A stretch of DNA of 64,000 nt from Anolis carolinensis (GCF_035594765.1 NW_026943825.1:14376590-14440589); one strand, 5' to 3'. Shown: positions 1 to 12,923, counted from the first letter of the stretch. Notes: generated by a model from the sequence alone, not told the origin. Made by a program: numbers and translations.

Positions 1-1354
1 AACTATTGTGTTACTTATGCATATATGAGTAAAAGCTTAACCCTGCATTATATGCTTTAAGCAGCAGAGTGAATTAAACTCAAATTGTTTTGCTGAATTG
101 AACTCTAACTATTGTGTTACTTATGCATATATGAGTAAAAGCTTAACCCTGCATTATATGCTTTAAGCAGCAGAGTGAATTAAACTCAAATTGTTTTGCT
201 GAATTGAACTCTAACTATTGTGTTACTTATGCATATATGAGTAAAAGCTTAACCCTGCATTATATGCTTTAAGCAGCAGAGTGAATTAAACTCAAATTGT
301 TTTGCTGAATTGAACTCTAACTATTGTGTTACTTATGCATATATGAGTAAAAGCTTAACCCTGCATTATATGCTTTAAGCAGCAGAGTGAATTAAACTCA
401 AATTGTTTTGCTGAATTGAACTCTAACTATTGTGTTACTTATGCATATATGAGTAAAAGCTTAACCCTGCATTATATGCTTTAAGCAGCAGAGTGAATTA
501 AACTCAAATTGTTTTGCTGAATTGAACTCTAACTATTGTGTTACTTATGCATATATGAGTAAAAGCTTAACCCTGCATTATATGCTTTAAGCAGCAGAGT
601 GAATTAAACTCAAATTGTTTTGCTGAATTGAACTCTAACTATTTTGTTACTTATGCATATATGAGTAAAAGCTTAACCCTGCACTATATGCTTTAAGCAG
701 CAGAGTGAATTAAACTCAAATTGTTTTGCTGAATTGAACTCTAACTATTGTGTTACTTATGCATATATGAGTAAAAGCTTAACCCTGCATTATATGCTTT
801 AAGCAGCAGAGTGAATTAAACTCAAATTGTTTTGCTGAATTGAACTCTAACTATTTTGTTACTTATGCATATATGAGTAAAAGCTTAACCCTGCACTATA
901 TGCTTTAAGCAGCAGAGTGAATTAAACTCAAATTGTTTTGCTGAATTGAACTCTAACTATTGTGTTACTTATGCATATATGAGTAAAAGCTTAACCCTGC
1001 ATTATATGCTTTAAGCAGCAGAGTGAATTAAACTCAAATTGTTTTGCTGAATTGAACTCTAACTATTTTGTTACTTATGCATATATGAGTAAAAGCTTAA
1101 CCCTGCATTATATGCTTTAAGCAGCAGAGTGAATTAAACTCAAATTGTTTTGCTGAATTGAACTCTAACTATTGTGTTACTTATGCATATATGAGTAAAA
1201 GCTTAACCCTGCATTATATGCTTTAAGCAGCAGAGTGAATTAAACTCAAATTGTTTTGCTGAATTGAACTCTAACTATTGTGTTACTTATGCATATATGA
1301 GTAAAAGCTTAACCCTGCATTATATGCTTTAAGCAGCAGAGTAATTAAACTCAA
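1..1354. repeat. 106-bp tandem repeat array (about 12.8 near-identical copies visible; runs off the left edge of the window)
   Basis: The unit AACTATTGTGTTACTTATGC...GAATTGAACTCT restarts at 1, 107, 213 ... 1273. The only variants seen are TTGTG>TTTTG and GCATTA>GCACTA. Confidence 0.97.
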
Positions 1355-1585
1355 ACTGCTGTGTTATATGAACACATACTTGTGAGAATTTAATCCTGAA
1401 ATATCTGTTTTAGAAACACTACACTGCTACGTGTCTATATTTTGGCGGATATATATGCATAATATTACTGTGACTTAACAGACGCAACCTTTGGTTACCT
1501 CCTCTAACTGCGGCTTACATGGGGCCAAGCCCGAACACAACAGTATAAAAGCAAAAGCAAAACAATAAAACAAATCAATCAACAA

Positions 1586-2300
1586 TAGAATCATAGAATC
1601 ATAGAATAGTAGAGTTGGAAGAGACCACATGGGCCATCTAGTCCAACCCCCTGCTAAGAAGCAGGAAATCGCATTCAAAGCACCCCCGACAGATGGCCAT
1701 CCAGCCTCTGCTTAAAAGCCTCCAAGGAAGGAGCCTCCACCACGGCCCCGGGGAGAGAGTTCCACTGTCGAACAGCCCTTCTCACAGTGAGGAAGTTCTT
1801 CCTGATGTTCAGGTGGAATCTCCTTTCCTGTAGTTTGAAGCCCTTGTTCCCTTGTGTCCTAGTCTGCAGGGCAGCAGAAAACAAGCTTGCTCCCTCTTCC
1901 CTATGACTTCCCTTCACATATTTGTACATGGCGATCATGTCTCCTCTCCGCCTTCTCTTCTGCAGGCTAAACATGCCCAGCTCTTTAAGCCGCTCCTCAT
2001 AGGGCTTGTTCTCCAGACCCTTCATCATTTTAGTCGCCCTCCTCTGGACGCTTTCCAGCTTGTCAACATCTCCCTTCAACTGCGGTGCCCAGAACGGGAC
2101 ACAGTATGATTCCAGGTGTGGTCTGACCAAGGCAGAATAGAGGGGAGCAGGACTTCCCTGGATCTAGACGCTATTCCCCTATTGATGCAGGCCAGAATCC
2201 CATTGGCTTTTTTAGCAGCCGCATCACATTGTTGGCTCATGTTTAACTTGTTGTCCACGAGGACTCCAAGGTCTTTTTCGCACACACTGCTGTCAAGCCA
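1586..2300 (-). mobile_element. CR1 LINE, 5'-truncated 3' end of ORF2 plus tail, inserted into an older L2-type 3' tail (about 1510-2420)
   Basis: ORFs 2076-2318 and 1675-2130 translate to the CR1 RT C-terminus (EKDLGVLVDNKLNMSQQC; RPHLESYC; [12 protein letters not shown]; WNSLP). (ATTCTATG)n tail on the minus strand at about 1586-1606. Confidence 0.93.
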
Positions 2301-2966
2301 ATAAAACATCAACATCACTAAAAACAGTCATAAAAAAGTCAACATACAAAATAGAATATTAAAATCATGAGCTGAATTCAAGGATCTGGGCCAAGGTGCA
2401 AAATATGTCGAGATGGGCAGGATTTGTTTCTGAATGAGTCCAGTTCATTTTGACAACTAGGACAATCATAGGCTTTGATTGTCCCCATTGTAAGTAGTCC
2501 GAGAACCAGATAGTCATCTTTTCATTAAATGGGCAAGCTCCGATGTTTAATGGGGGAAAACCATATCTATTGTCCATGTCATCCATTTCAGCTGAACTGA
2601 ATAAACAACTCGGTCTTCTTTCTTCATGTCTGAGGGTGAGATCTTTGTAGTGAGAAATCCTGACTTTTAGTGACTCCCCCCTTGCCAGGATTCTCAGACC
2701 TACGGCCGGGGGTAGGAGCTAGGGTTCCCTCTTAAAGAAGGGGATCCCCCAGATCCTAGCTCGATATCATGCATGCATTAAATATGCCATCTCCGTCCCT
2801 CTTAAGTCTGGACCAGGATTATTTTTTGACAGGTCTCCTTCACCGGGTGCCAACAAATGACTAAATATTTTGATTATATAGCAGATTGTGAGCATCGAAA
2901 CAAACAAATACATGAATCAAATTGTTGAGCCCAGCAATACAGAAATCAAATGAACGTTTCATTATA

Positions 2967-3289
2967 CAGTAGAGTCTCACTTATCCAACACTCGCTTATC
3001 CAACGTTCTGGATTATCCAACGCATTTTTGTAGTCAATGTTTTCAATACATCATGATATTTTGGTGCTAAATTCGTAAATACAGTAATTACTACATAGCA
3101 TTACTGCCTATTGAACTACTTTTTCTGTAAAATTTGTTGTATAACATGATGTTTTGGTGCTTAATTTGTAGAATCATTACCTAATTTGATGTTTAATCGG
3201 CTTTTCCTTAATCCCTTCTTATTATCCAACATATTCGCTTATCCAACGTTCTGCCAGCCCATTTATGTTGGATAAGTTAGACTCTACTG
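2967..3289. mobile_element. Tc1/mariner-type MITE (about 323 bp)
   Basis: TIR CAGTAGAGTCTCACTTATCCAAC at both ends, flanked by TA. Confidence 0.9.
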
Positions 3290-3445
3290 TACATATAATA
3301 TTGATAATAATATTATAAATTAATACAATATAATAATACTATTACTAATTACTAGTAATATTGCTGTATAGTAGTATAGTGCAATATAGTATATAATGCT
3401 TATATTGTGCTGTGCTAATAATATAATATATTGTATATACATATA

Positions 3446-3964
3446 CAGTAGAGTCTCACTTATCCAAGCTAAATGGGCCGGCAGAAGCTTGGATAAGCGA
3501 ATATCGTGGATAATAAGGAGGGATTAAGGAAAAGCCTATTAAACATCAAATTAGGTTATGATTTTACAAATTAAGCACCAAAACATCATGTTAGACAACA
3601 AATTTGACAGAAAAAGTAGTTCAATACGCAATAATGTTATGTTGTAATTACAATAGAGTCTCACTTATCCAACACTTGCTTATCCAACGTTCTGGATTAT
3701 CCAACGCATTTTTGTAGTCAATGTTTTCAATACATCTTGATATTTTGGTGCTAAATTCACAAATACAGTAATTACTACATAGCATTACTGCATATTGAAC
3801 TACTTTTTCTGTCAAATTTATTGTATAACATTTACATGATTTGTAAAATCATAACCTAATTTGATGTTTAATAGGCTTTTCCTTAATGCCTCCTTATTAT
3901 CCAACATATTTGCTTATCCAACATTCTGCCGGCCCGTTTATGTTGGATAAGTGAGACTCTACTG
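3446..3964. mobile_element. Two copies of the same mariner MITE: a partial copy (3446-3650) followed by a full copy in opposite orientation (3651-3964)
   Basis: TIR starts at 3446 and at 3651 (after a TA); terminal TIR ends at 3964 followed by TA. Confidence 0.85.
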
Positions 3965-4618
3965 TATATGATGCCTTGTTGCTATTGTGGAAGAAAGCAC
4001 GGGCGGGTTAAAAGGATGGTTTGTTCCCGGTGACTCAGAGGGCAAAATTGGTTGGGAATGAAGGCAGGGCCAAAGCCCCAGGACTCCCAACGTTCATTCC
4101 CACTTCATGTCTAACTATTGCAAACCACAAAAACAACCCAGTTTGTAATGGGAAGCTTTATCTGTAGGAAAAAAAAACGAGGATGGGAAGCACCCCAAGG
4201 GATGTGCTGAGTCAACTTCAGATGTATTTACAGCAGTAAAGTGTGTGATGCTGCAAACGTTTTGGCAGTTCAGCAATACAATCCAGTCTAGGTTTCAGAA
4301 ATAAGAACAGTCATAAAAATGAGCAGTAATGGGAGACTCTGGTAGGCTGGAAGTGCTGGGTATATGTCTCAGTCGTTCCATCCCTTTTTGAAGGTGTGTC
4401 TTTTGGTAGGAATTCCATGAATTTAAATATTTTCAGTTTTTTTTTTCACCTGAGGGAACATCTCAGTAAAAATCTCTAGGTCTTCCAGTACAACTCTATG
4501 CTCAACATAGTGGTCTACTGGGGATATTCAGGGAGAGACAAATCCAGGCAGCAACTCATACTGAATCATACATTTGAGTGTGAGATATGGATGAATTTAC
4601 ATCAGAATATCCTGTATG

Positions 4619-4623
4619 TCTAT

Positions 4624-4662
<39 letters not shown>

Positions 4663-5122
4663 CAGTATTTATATTCCGCCCTTCTTTCTCACCCCGAAGG
4701 GGACTCAGGGCGGATTACAATGAACACATATATGGCAAACATTCAATGCCAACAGACAAGCAACATTCAGTTTTAGACAGAGACAGAGGCATTTTAACAT
4801 CTTTCCAGCTTCACGATTCTGGCCACAGGGGGAGCTGTTGCTTCACCATCCATTGGTGGCTGTTCTTCCTCATTCTTTTCCTCGTGAGCAGTTTTATGGT
4901 GTTGTAGATTAGTTAAATTAGCCTCCCACATAAAGCGTACCTAAATTTTCCCTACTTGACAGATGCAACTGTCTTTCGGGGCTGCTAGGTCAACAGCAAG
5001 CCGGGGCTATTTTTTTTAATGGTCGGAGGCTTAACCCGACCCGGGCTTCGAACTCATGACCTCTCGGTCAGTAGTGATTTATAGCAGCTGGTTACTAGCC
5101 AGCTGCGCCACAGCCCGGCCCC
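4619..5122 (-). mobile_element. tRNA-derived SINE with L2-type tail (AnolisSINE2-like)
   Basis: The minus strand begins GGGGCCGGGCTGTGGCGCAGCTGG (A box) and contains GAGTTCGAAGCC (B box). It ends in an L2-like stem (TGTAATCCGCCCTGAGTCCCC...GGGCGG) and a (TAAA)n tail. Confidence 0.8.
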
Positions 5123-5997
5123 TGATTTTTCATGCATCTAAGATTCTTCACTCCTCTTAGAAAAATCAGTCTTTGTCATGTCCCGTTGACATGCCTGGAT
5201 ATATGCTTCTGTTCAAAGCATTGAACAAATCAACATCCTTCTCAAGAAATGCTATCAAGGGTTATGGGTTAGCAGGATGCTATGGTTTTTGCAAACAAGA
5301 CTTTGGTTGGTGTCCAGAACTGTGAATATCTTGGAGCATTTGTCACCAATGGGCCTGAAAAAGAACACCTGTGTGATTTTAGGAAGAATGGATTCAACCA
5401 TCTCAGTCTGATTTCAGAGAGAGTGCTGATCTTTTAATAATCATCCTTGAAGCCAACAGCTTGTCCATTAATTTTTCACTATTCTATCTTTTCTGTGATT
5501 TCCCACCTTGTCTTCTGAAAGCCAGTAATTGGTAAACTGAATCGTCATGCCTTCCTTGCTTGTCTTGTTCATTGTTTCTTTATACTACTACCATCCAATT
5601 CATTCTTCCCACATTTCCATTAAAGTTCATCCTGCATTCTGACCTGTTTCTCTCTGGCTTTGCATTTTATTGTGTCCATTTCTCAGTATATGGCTGAGGC
5701 TACCTGGGACCACTTGAGTCTTTTCAAGCAATTTGAATTACTGGAGATCATGTGCTATTAGGTAAAGGGAAGTAGTAGTTTGGTGAGGCACCAGCACTCT
5801 TTGGCAGACTCAGGAACTTGTAAAACTGCTGAGTCATGGCAGTTAAAGTGGTGTCGAACTGTATTAACACAACAGTCTAGATGCACCTATACCAACATAG
5901 GCATAGCTTGGATATTGTGATCTCTATGGGTGAGGACCACTCTTACCATGCTCATTGATAGCAACCACCATAGACTGGCCTCTGGAATGTATGTGCG

Positions 5998-6847
5998 TGT
6001 TGTAGTTGTTGTGGTTCAACCTGATGAAGATGAGGGACTTGGGGTTTCAGGGCCTGAGAGAATGCTGGGACCAGATGCAGTTTCAGGGGCTGAGAGAATT
6101 CTGGAACCAGCTGCAGCCGTGGAGGGGGGAAAGGAGAGGGTTTTAGACCAAGATGTTTTCTCTGAGACTCCATGTGAAAGTAGAGATGTTTTGGAATCCA
6201 ACAGCCAGGGAGGTGATCTTTTACCTACAAGCAGTCCTGATAACATTAGCTCATCCGGGGGATCAGTTGACTTAGATACAGATTCGAGACTGCTTCTGAG
6301 GGGGAGAGAATCAGGTGCAGAAGATCAGAAAGAATTAGTGTGTGAGAGAGAGACAGAAGTGGGCCCTTCAAGATCAGAGGAATGTGTTCATGTTTTGCAG
6401 TCCTTAAAGCAGAGAGAACTCTGTTGGGATTTTAGATCAAGCAATGTTGCTATCCATGTGAAGTACTTCAGTCTCGTTCCTATTCAGGCCTTAGCTCAAG
6501 ACCCAAGATTCATGCTCATGTTTCGACTCCTTGTTTCATGGAATATTTTGGGATCATGTTTATGTTTTGCTCCTTGTTTTCTGAATTTGCCTTGGGATTC
6601 ATGTTCACGTTTTAAGCCTTGTTTCCTGGATTTATCCTGCCTTTGGACTGTTTTCCTGTGTGCAATTTGACCTGGCTTTTTGCTTGTGGGACTTACCTTC
6701 TATATTAACGCTTGGATTTTACCCTTTACTTCCTTCATGGTGTTCTTCCCCTTTTTATATGTGTTTTCTTAATAAACCATTTGGACTATCACGTTTGGTT
6801 TCTTGATGGCTGCTGTGAGCAAGGTGAGACCCCGCTGAGGTGCATCA
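5998..6847 (+). mobile_element. Probable solo LTR (about 850 bp)
   Basis: TG...CA ends, flanks GTGCG/GTGCT (4 of 5 match) and AATAAA near 6771. The acidic low-complexity ORF 5930-6670 lies largely inside it. Confidence 0.5.
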
Positions 6848-7561
6848 GTGCTTTCCTTTCACCTTCATGTTATTTCTAGGACTTGTTTTAGGAGTCTGTG
6901 AGCAATCTGTGCAGCACTGCAAATCAATCAGGGTTGTTTGGGGGAGCATCAGTCCTCATGGGTCTTTGGAGGACTGCACTGCATCAGACCTACTAAGCTA
7001 CTCCACTTCTTCAGAGATTGGGGCTTTCCACCAAATATATGTTCTTTTAACCTTAGAGTGATTGCCATTGACATAAAAAATCACTGGTAGATTTTACCTT
7101 CTGGCTACTTCTAATTAAGATATGATTTCACTCTTTGATGAATTCAAGATAGAAAACACCAACACTCAAATGTTATGATGCACAGTGAGATTTAATAGAA
7201 AGTTGCAAACAGCAAATAATATCAGGGACAAGAAAACAGGCAAGAAGCATTATAATACAGAGACAGGCTAGTGGATAACTTCCACGGCCTTCTTTAAGTT
7301 GACATAGCATTTCAGACGGTGAGCAGATCTGAATTTCAGACCTACATCCTTAAGCACAGATTGATAGATGAAAAGTAGACTCATGAAAGAGAGATGTGAA
7401 CCTGAGTTTCCACATGCTGGGGTTACTTGGTAGCCTTACTATGTTGGGCAGAAATATGGTTTGCTCTCAACACATGGAAACCCAGGTCTAAATCATTAGT
7501 TTTGGATATCTCAGGTAGTCCTTTCCTTCTTCATGTTCCAGTTTAGACAGTCCTTAAAGAT

Positions 7562-7921
7562 CTAGCAAGGGAGACAACGGATGCCGCCACAGCTTCCCAT
7601 GGAAGAAGATCCGAGACGACCACCAAATCCACCTCCACCAGGAGAAGTGGCACCCCCAACGTAAATGGGCTCACAGCTGGAAGACAAGATGGGTCCTGGA
7701 ACGACCATGACAAAAGGGGCTGGCTGGATCACAACTTCCGAGGATGGGAGCTGGCTGATGGATTGAGGGTGGACTCCAGCCACCGTCCCGAGCTCTCTAG
7801 TGGAGACGCTTCTTCCACCGCCAGAAGTTCCGCCAGTGCCACCAAGGCCATACATTGGCATGGAGGAGCATGATGGGATAGTGCAGGATGGTGGGCAGCA
7901 AGGTGGTGGGCAGCAAGACAT
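7562..7921 (-). CDS. Corneous beta-protein (beta-keratin), Cys/Pro-rich head type, 119 aa (gene A1)
   Basis: MSCCPPPCCPPSC head and beta core box SEVVIQPAPFVMVVPGPILS. Acceptor TTGCAG with exon 2 starting at 7942; ATG at 7921; ATTAAA at 7191-7196 (minus). Confidence 0.95.
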   Translation of the reverse strand: MSCCPPPCCPPSCTIPSCSSMPMYGLGGTGGTSGGGRSVSTRELGTVAGVHPQSISQLPSSEVVIQPAPFVMVVPGPILSSSCEPIYVGGATSPGGGGFGGRLGSSSMGSCGGIRCLPC

Positions 7922-8374
7922 GTTGGAGTGATGGGGAAGAGTCTGCAAGAAACAAGAGAGTGGGGAGAGATTAGTTTTCACTTGCCAAAATATTCTGCTT
8001 TAAAGCTTCACTGATGGAGAATGGGAGTATTCCTGGAGACCTTTTGGAGTCCAGCTGGGACTGAGGGTACATTAGGGCCACTGCCTCCACCACATTGTCA
8101 ACCAGCTTGCTGGCAACATCACTTCTACTGGATACTTTACTGGAAGCAAGTTGCCACCAAGACTTCTATAACTGAGCTGTTTCTGGCCAGTGGGTTGGTT
8201 GGACATGTGGACTTGGGATAAGGCTGGATCCAACCTGATTCAGTCTTTCACATCTCCAAAACATTGGGATAAATCTAGAACATTCTGAAAGCTCTGTAGT
8301 AAATATTATGTTCCCCTGTGCTCATTCCTCAGTCCCACCATGTCATACTGGCAACTGTTCCGGATGCCTTAAAG

Positions 8375-9071
8375 CAGTGGTCCTCAAACTTTTTAAGTGG
8401 AGGGCCGATTCACAGTCCCTCAGACTGTTAGGGGGCCGGACTGGGATGAAATAGTCCAAAATTAAGATTGTTGTTGTTGTGTGCCTTCAGGTCATTTCAG
8501 GCTTAGGTCAATCCTAAGTCTAAAGTTTAGGACAGAGGCCAGGTAAATGACCTTGGAGGGCCACATCCGGTCCCCGGGCCTTAGTTTGGGAACCCTTGAT
8601 CTAGACAATCTCATAAGATCATAGGTAAGCAAAGAGACCTCCAAAGACCATCTAGATGGTCTCATAAGGCCATAGGTAAGGAAAGGGACCCTCCAAAGGC
8701 CATCTAGATGATCTCATAAGGCCATCAGAAGACCATAGATAAGGAAAGGGACCCTCAAAGACCATCTAGATGGTTTCATAAAACCATAGGTAAGGAAAGG
8801 GGCCCCCAAAGGTCATCTAGACAATCTCATAAAACCATAGGTAAGGAAAGGGACCCTCAAAGGCCATCTAGACGGTCTCATAGGACCATAGGTAAGGAAA
8901 GTGACCTCCAAAAGCCATCTAGATCGTCTCAAAAGACCATAGGTAAACAAAGAGACCTCCAAAGACCAGGTAGACTTAGGTCAACCCTAAGTCTAAAGTT
9001 TAGGACAGGGGCCAGGTAAATGACCTTGGAGGGCTGCATCCGGCCCCCGGGCCTTAGTTTGGGGACCCCTG
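8375..9071. mobile_element. hAT non-autonomous element in the A1 intron, with an internal ~60-bp tandem repeat and a duplicated 3' end
   Basis: TIRs CAGTGGTCCTCAAACT / AGTTTGGGGACCCCTG; perfect 8-bp TSD CCTTAAAG (8367-8374, 9072-9079). Confidence 0.9.
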
Positions 9072-9210
9072 CCTTAAAGGTTGATAGTCAATCTCTGAGC
9101 TCTGATTTTCCCTTCTGTAGTAGAAAATGCTCTTCAACACTTTCAAGATGGTGCAAAGTCAAAATATTGTCTTACCTAACCTCTCCCTGGTAAGAAAAAG
9201 GCATACTCAC

Positions 9211-9320
9211 GTCTCGGATGAACAGGAGTAAAGGACTGGAGAGAAGTCGAGGGAAGCTGTTGGAGTTGCTGAAGAGAGCTGGTGTTTTTATACTCTTTTG
9301 GTGGCATTCTTTGTGGTTTT
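9211..9320 (-). promoter_or_regulatory. Gene A1 TATA box (9286-9292) and non-coding exon 1 (about 9260-9211)
   Basis: Minus strand reads ACCACAAAGAATGCCACCAAAAGAGTATAAAA; donor GAC/GTGAGTAT at 9210. Homologous to the A2 promoter. Confidence 0.85.
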
Positions 9321-9963
9321 AAGTGTTATTTTTAATTACGGTACCTACCAATTCTTTTGTTTGCATTTCATTACCATCATCATTATTTTATTTTTGCACG
9401 CAAGGTGAGATTTATAACTAACACACTCTGGGCAATTCCCTCCACACCCCACCAATGCGGCTTCTGGGTGCATCTACATTGTAGAATGAATGCTGTTTGA
9501 CAGCACTTCCATGGGTCAATGCTGTGGAATCACGAACATTGTAGCTTTGTGAGATATTGATTCAAAAAGTGCTGGTATTGAGGTGCAAATTCTAAGATCC
9601 CATAGCACTGAACAATGGCTGTTAAAGTGGGGGTCGAACTACATTAATTTTACAGGGTAGATGTCCCTTCAGTTGGTCTGCGTTTTTCCCAGTTAGCTCA
9701 ATGAAATTGCGTGAGCAATGCTTGCTACCTTGTCTTGACTCAAGGAATGGCAAACCGATTCCAAGAAGATGCTCGGGACAAAGAGACCCATCATCTCATT
9801 AGGCTTACATCCAAATTAAGACATGACACGAAAGGAAAGTGTTCTGGAATATACTGTATTTTCGGGAAGGGATGAAGGGAAGAAAGAAGAGGAGGATCCA
9901 CAGCTTGCCTGATTTTGAAGGCTGCCCACATGCCACTTCCACCTCAGGTAGAGTGCTGCTCAG

Positions 9964-10451
9964 CAGGCCCGGTTCATCATCTATTTGGGAGAGAGGGTTT
10001 GGGAGAGAGGGTTTGGGGATGAGGGTTTGGGAGCGAGGGTTTGGGAGCGAGGGTTTGGGAGCGAGGGTTTGGGAGCGAGGGTTTGGGAGAGAGGGTTTGG
10101 GAGTGAGGGTTTGGGAGCAAGGGTTTGGGAACGAGGGTTTGGGAACGAGGGTTTGGAGACTAGGTGGCGGCGGCGGGCGGTGGCGGTGACCACTGGGTCG
10201 CTCGCCGCAGAACCAGCAAGTATTTTTGTATTCTCACGATATTTCGTGAGATCTCGTGAAATATTGTGAGATTTCTGCAAGATCTTGCGAGATCTCGCGA
10301 GATCTCGTGAGAATAGAAACTACTTCCTGGTTTTGCGGCGAGCGACCCAATGGTCGCCGCCGCCTGCTGCCGCTGCCACTAAGTTTGGGATGGGGGGCGC
10401 AATTTTGGGCGGGGTTGGCTTACCACCTAGAAAAACCTAGGGCCGCTCCTG
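9964..10451. mobile_element. hAT-like element carrying a G-rich 14-bp minisatellite (about 9985-10160) and a decayed GAGATCTCGC decamer array (about 10231-10312)
   Basis: CAGG...CCTG ends. Flanks CTGCTCAG / CCACTCAG are both single CpG-deamination products of CCGCTCAG, consistent with an 8-bp TSD. Minisatellite unit is GAGGGTTTGGGAGC. Confidence 0.65.
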
Positions 10452-10784
10452 CCACTCAGCCCCCATTAGCCCCCATTAGCCAAAAAGCCCTGTTGTGCTC
10501 TGAATCAACGAAGGATTCAGCTGCCCTCCGCCAGGCTTGTTTCTGTTTCCGACACACATGCATTGTCTAAGACAATATGTGTGGTGAAGCACCCAGGCTG
10601 GCTCAGAGCGCACCCGTGTCTACCTCCAAGAGTGCGTGTGTAGGGGGTGTGGAGGCGGGCCAAGAACTTGACTGTGGATACACTCTGGGACTGTCTGCAC
10701 ACTACACCACACACACTCTCTCTAAGAGGGTGTGTGTGTTGGGGGCATGCAGGTGGGCCCAGAGTGGGTTGCAGGTGCACCAAG

Positions 10785-11320
10785 GACTGCTACTGCTGCT
10801 CCTCAGTTGTTTAGTCATCTCCAACTCTTTGTGACCTCATGGACCAGTCCACACCAGAGCTCCCTGTCAGCCGTCACTGCCCCCAGTTCCTTCAAGGTCG
10901 AGCCAGTCACTTCAAGGATACTGTCCATCCATCTCGCCCTTGGTTGGCCTCTCTTCCTTTTTCCTTCCCTTTTCCCCAGCATCGTGACCTTTTCCAAGCT
11001 TTCCTGTCTCCTCATGATGTGGCCAAAATACTTCAGCTTTGCCTCTCATATCCTTCCCTCCAGTGAGCAGCCACTGGGCATTATTTCCTGGAGGATGGAC
11101 TGGTTGGACCTTCTTGCGGTCCAAGGCACGCTCAGGATTTTCCTCCAGCAACAGAGTTCAAAAGCATCTCTCTTCCTTCGCTCAGCCTTCCTTATGGTCC
11201 AGCTCTCACATCCATAGGTTACTATGGGGAATACCATGGCTTTGACTATGCGGACCTTCGTTGCCAGTGTGATGTCTCTGCTCTTCACTATTTTGTCAAG
11301 GTTGGCCATTGCTCTCCTCC
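10785..11320 (-). mobile_element. BovB/RTE LINE 3' fragment (frameshifted)
   Basis: Minus-strand ORFs give VKAMVFPIVTYGCESWT, WTARRSNQSIL and LEKVTMLGKREGKRKRGQPRARWMD, typical of the BovB RT C-terminus. Confidence 0.9.
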
Positions 11321-12923
11321 GGACATCTTACTAGAAAGTAGAAACAGCAAGTGCCAGGTAAAAAAGGAAGCCCGCATGCCGGGAAGAGGAGCCAGTGAGT
11401 GGGAAGTCTCCCCCCATAATGTTCCAAATTTTAGGGCCCCAAACTGAAAACACCCTCCTGATTTCAGGAGGATCCCAAAAAATGGATCGGGCTCCCCAGT
11501 GAATGTCGGGACATGAAACGGGGCAAAGTTTACCCTGAATGTACAACCCTAGTGTTGGCTGCATTATGGGGCCACATTTTTCAAGTCTTGTGGCCATCTT
11601 GTCTTCATCCGAACAAAATTGTATTGTTGACTCCTTTGAGAATTGTGCTTTCGCCCAAGGAACCTACTGGATGCAAACAAAATCGTTAACGTCTAATTGG
11701 CCAACTGGGTGGTATGGTTTCCAAGCCATCGAAATGTGCTGCTATGTCAATTCTTTTGTAAGGAAACCTGCTTTTTTGCGATAAAAATCTGTAGGAGTCA
11801 TGTACTAATATTAATATGAAACTACCAGAATGTTCCAAGAAATCAGCTCCCATCTTTGTTTTGTTGGTCACTAGCGTTCCTTTCTATGGCTTCATCTGCT
11901 TGGAAGGCAGATGATCGCAAAGATGAAATAACGCATTTGATTCATTCTCCTGGTTCTTCCTTACCCCCAGGATTCTGACTTCCGGATGTGAAGCAAAAAT
12001 AATCCCTCTACAATTTCAGCATTATCAATAACGTGACATCCTTGGTGCTAGCAGGGACATTTGTGGCATGTCATGTGGCCACTTTATGATGATCCTTCTC
12101 CTCATTATCAATCATCACCATCAACAATTATTAATATTAATAAATGTCTAGTGTAAATGTTTAGGTATGCAATTATTTCTTTCGTTCTTTGTGTATGTTT
12201 TTTTTAAAAATGCCATCCCTTTGTTATATCCATGAGATGAAATAAGTGCGATTTCAACTCTGGGATTGCTCATTAGTTGGCTTTAATTAAGTCCAATTAA
12301 GTTGAATTGCATTTGGTTTGTTTTAACAGTATAATGAGTACCTCTTCCAAATGAAAGGTGGAGGAATGCCTCATTTTTATTGGATTTAATCCAAAGTAAA
12401 TTGGACAACAAATGTTGTAACTCATACAGGACTAGTTTGTTTATTTATTTAATATATTTATATGCCGCCCTTCTCAACCCGAAGGGGACTCAGAGCGGCT
12501 TACAAATTAAATTTACATACAATATTATATTATTTGCATAGCACAATACTGGCGATACATTACTATATTGTACTATATCAATATATTGTAATATTATTAT
12601 TAATATTACATGTAATATATATAATTAACATTATTATATTGTATTATTAGTATTATATTGTATTTCAAAATAATAATATTAATATTATATGCATAAACAA
12701 TATATTATAATATATTATAATAGTTCCTTCTATTCTTTTTTTTTTCTCTTTGTTAACTGGCTCATTCTTTTTTTACCTTCTCGCGCAAGTCACAATGCAA
12801 CAGCTTGGCCACCATTTTGCTTCTTCCAAAGCATCCAAAATTTTGGCATGTCTCCCAAACAATAACCATAAAAAGTATAAGGAAAATAGTGGAAAACATG
12901 TGGAATTGAGAGTGCATCTACAT

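Noticed and set aside
1-1354. Regular repeats resembling a CRISPR array
   Set aside because: Units are fully repeated with no unique spacers, the context is eukaryotic and there are no cas genes.
2365-2900. Unexplained sequence with a short ORF (2365-2586)
   Set aside because: No recognisable homology or gene signals, so no call can be supported.
5930-6670. 246-aa acidic ORF as a host gene
   Set aside because: No ATG start or splice/promoter context, low complexity, and it lies largely within a probable solo LTR.
9839-10280. Repetitive ORFs (WERGFG / PKPSLPNP) as EDC-type repeat proteins
   Set aside because: They are translations of a 14-bp minisatellite inside a TE; the unit length is not a multiple of 3 and there is no gene structure.
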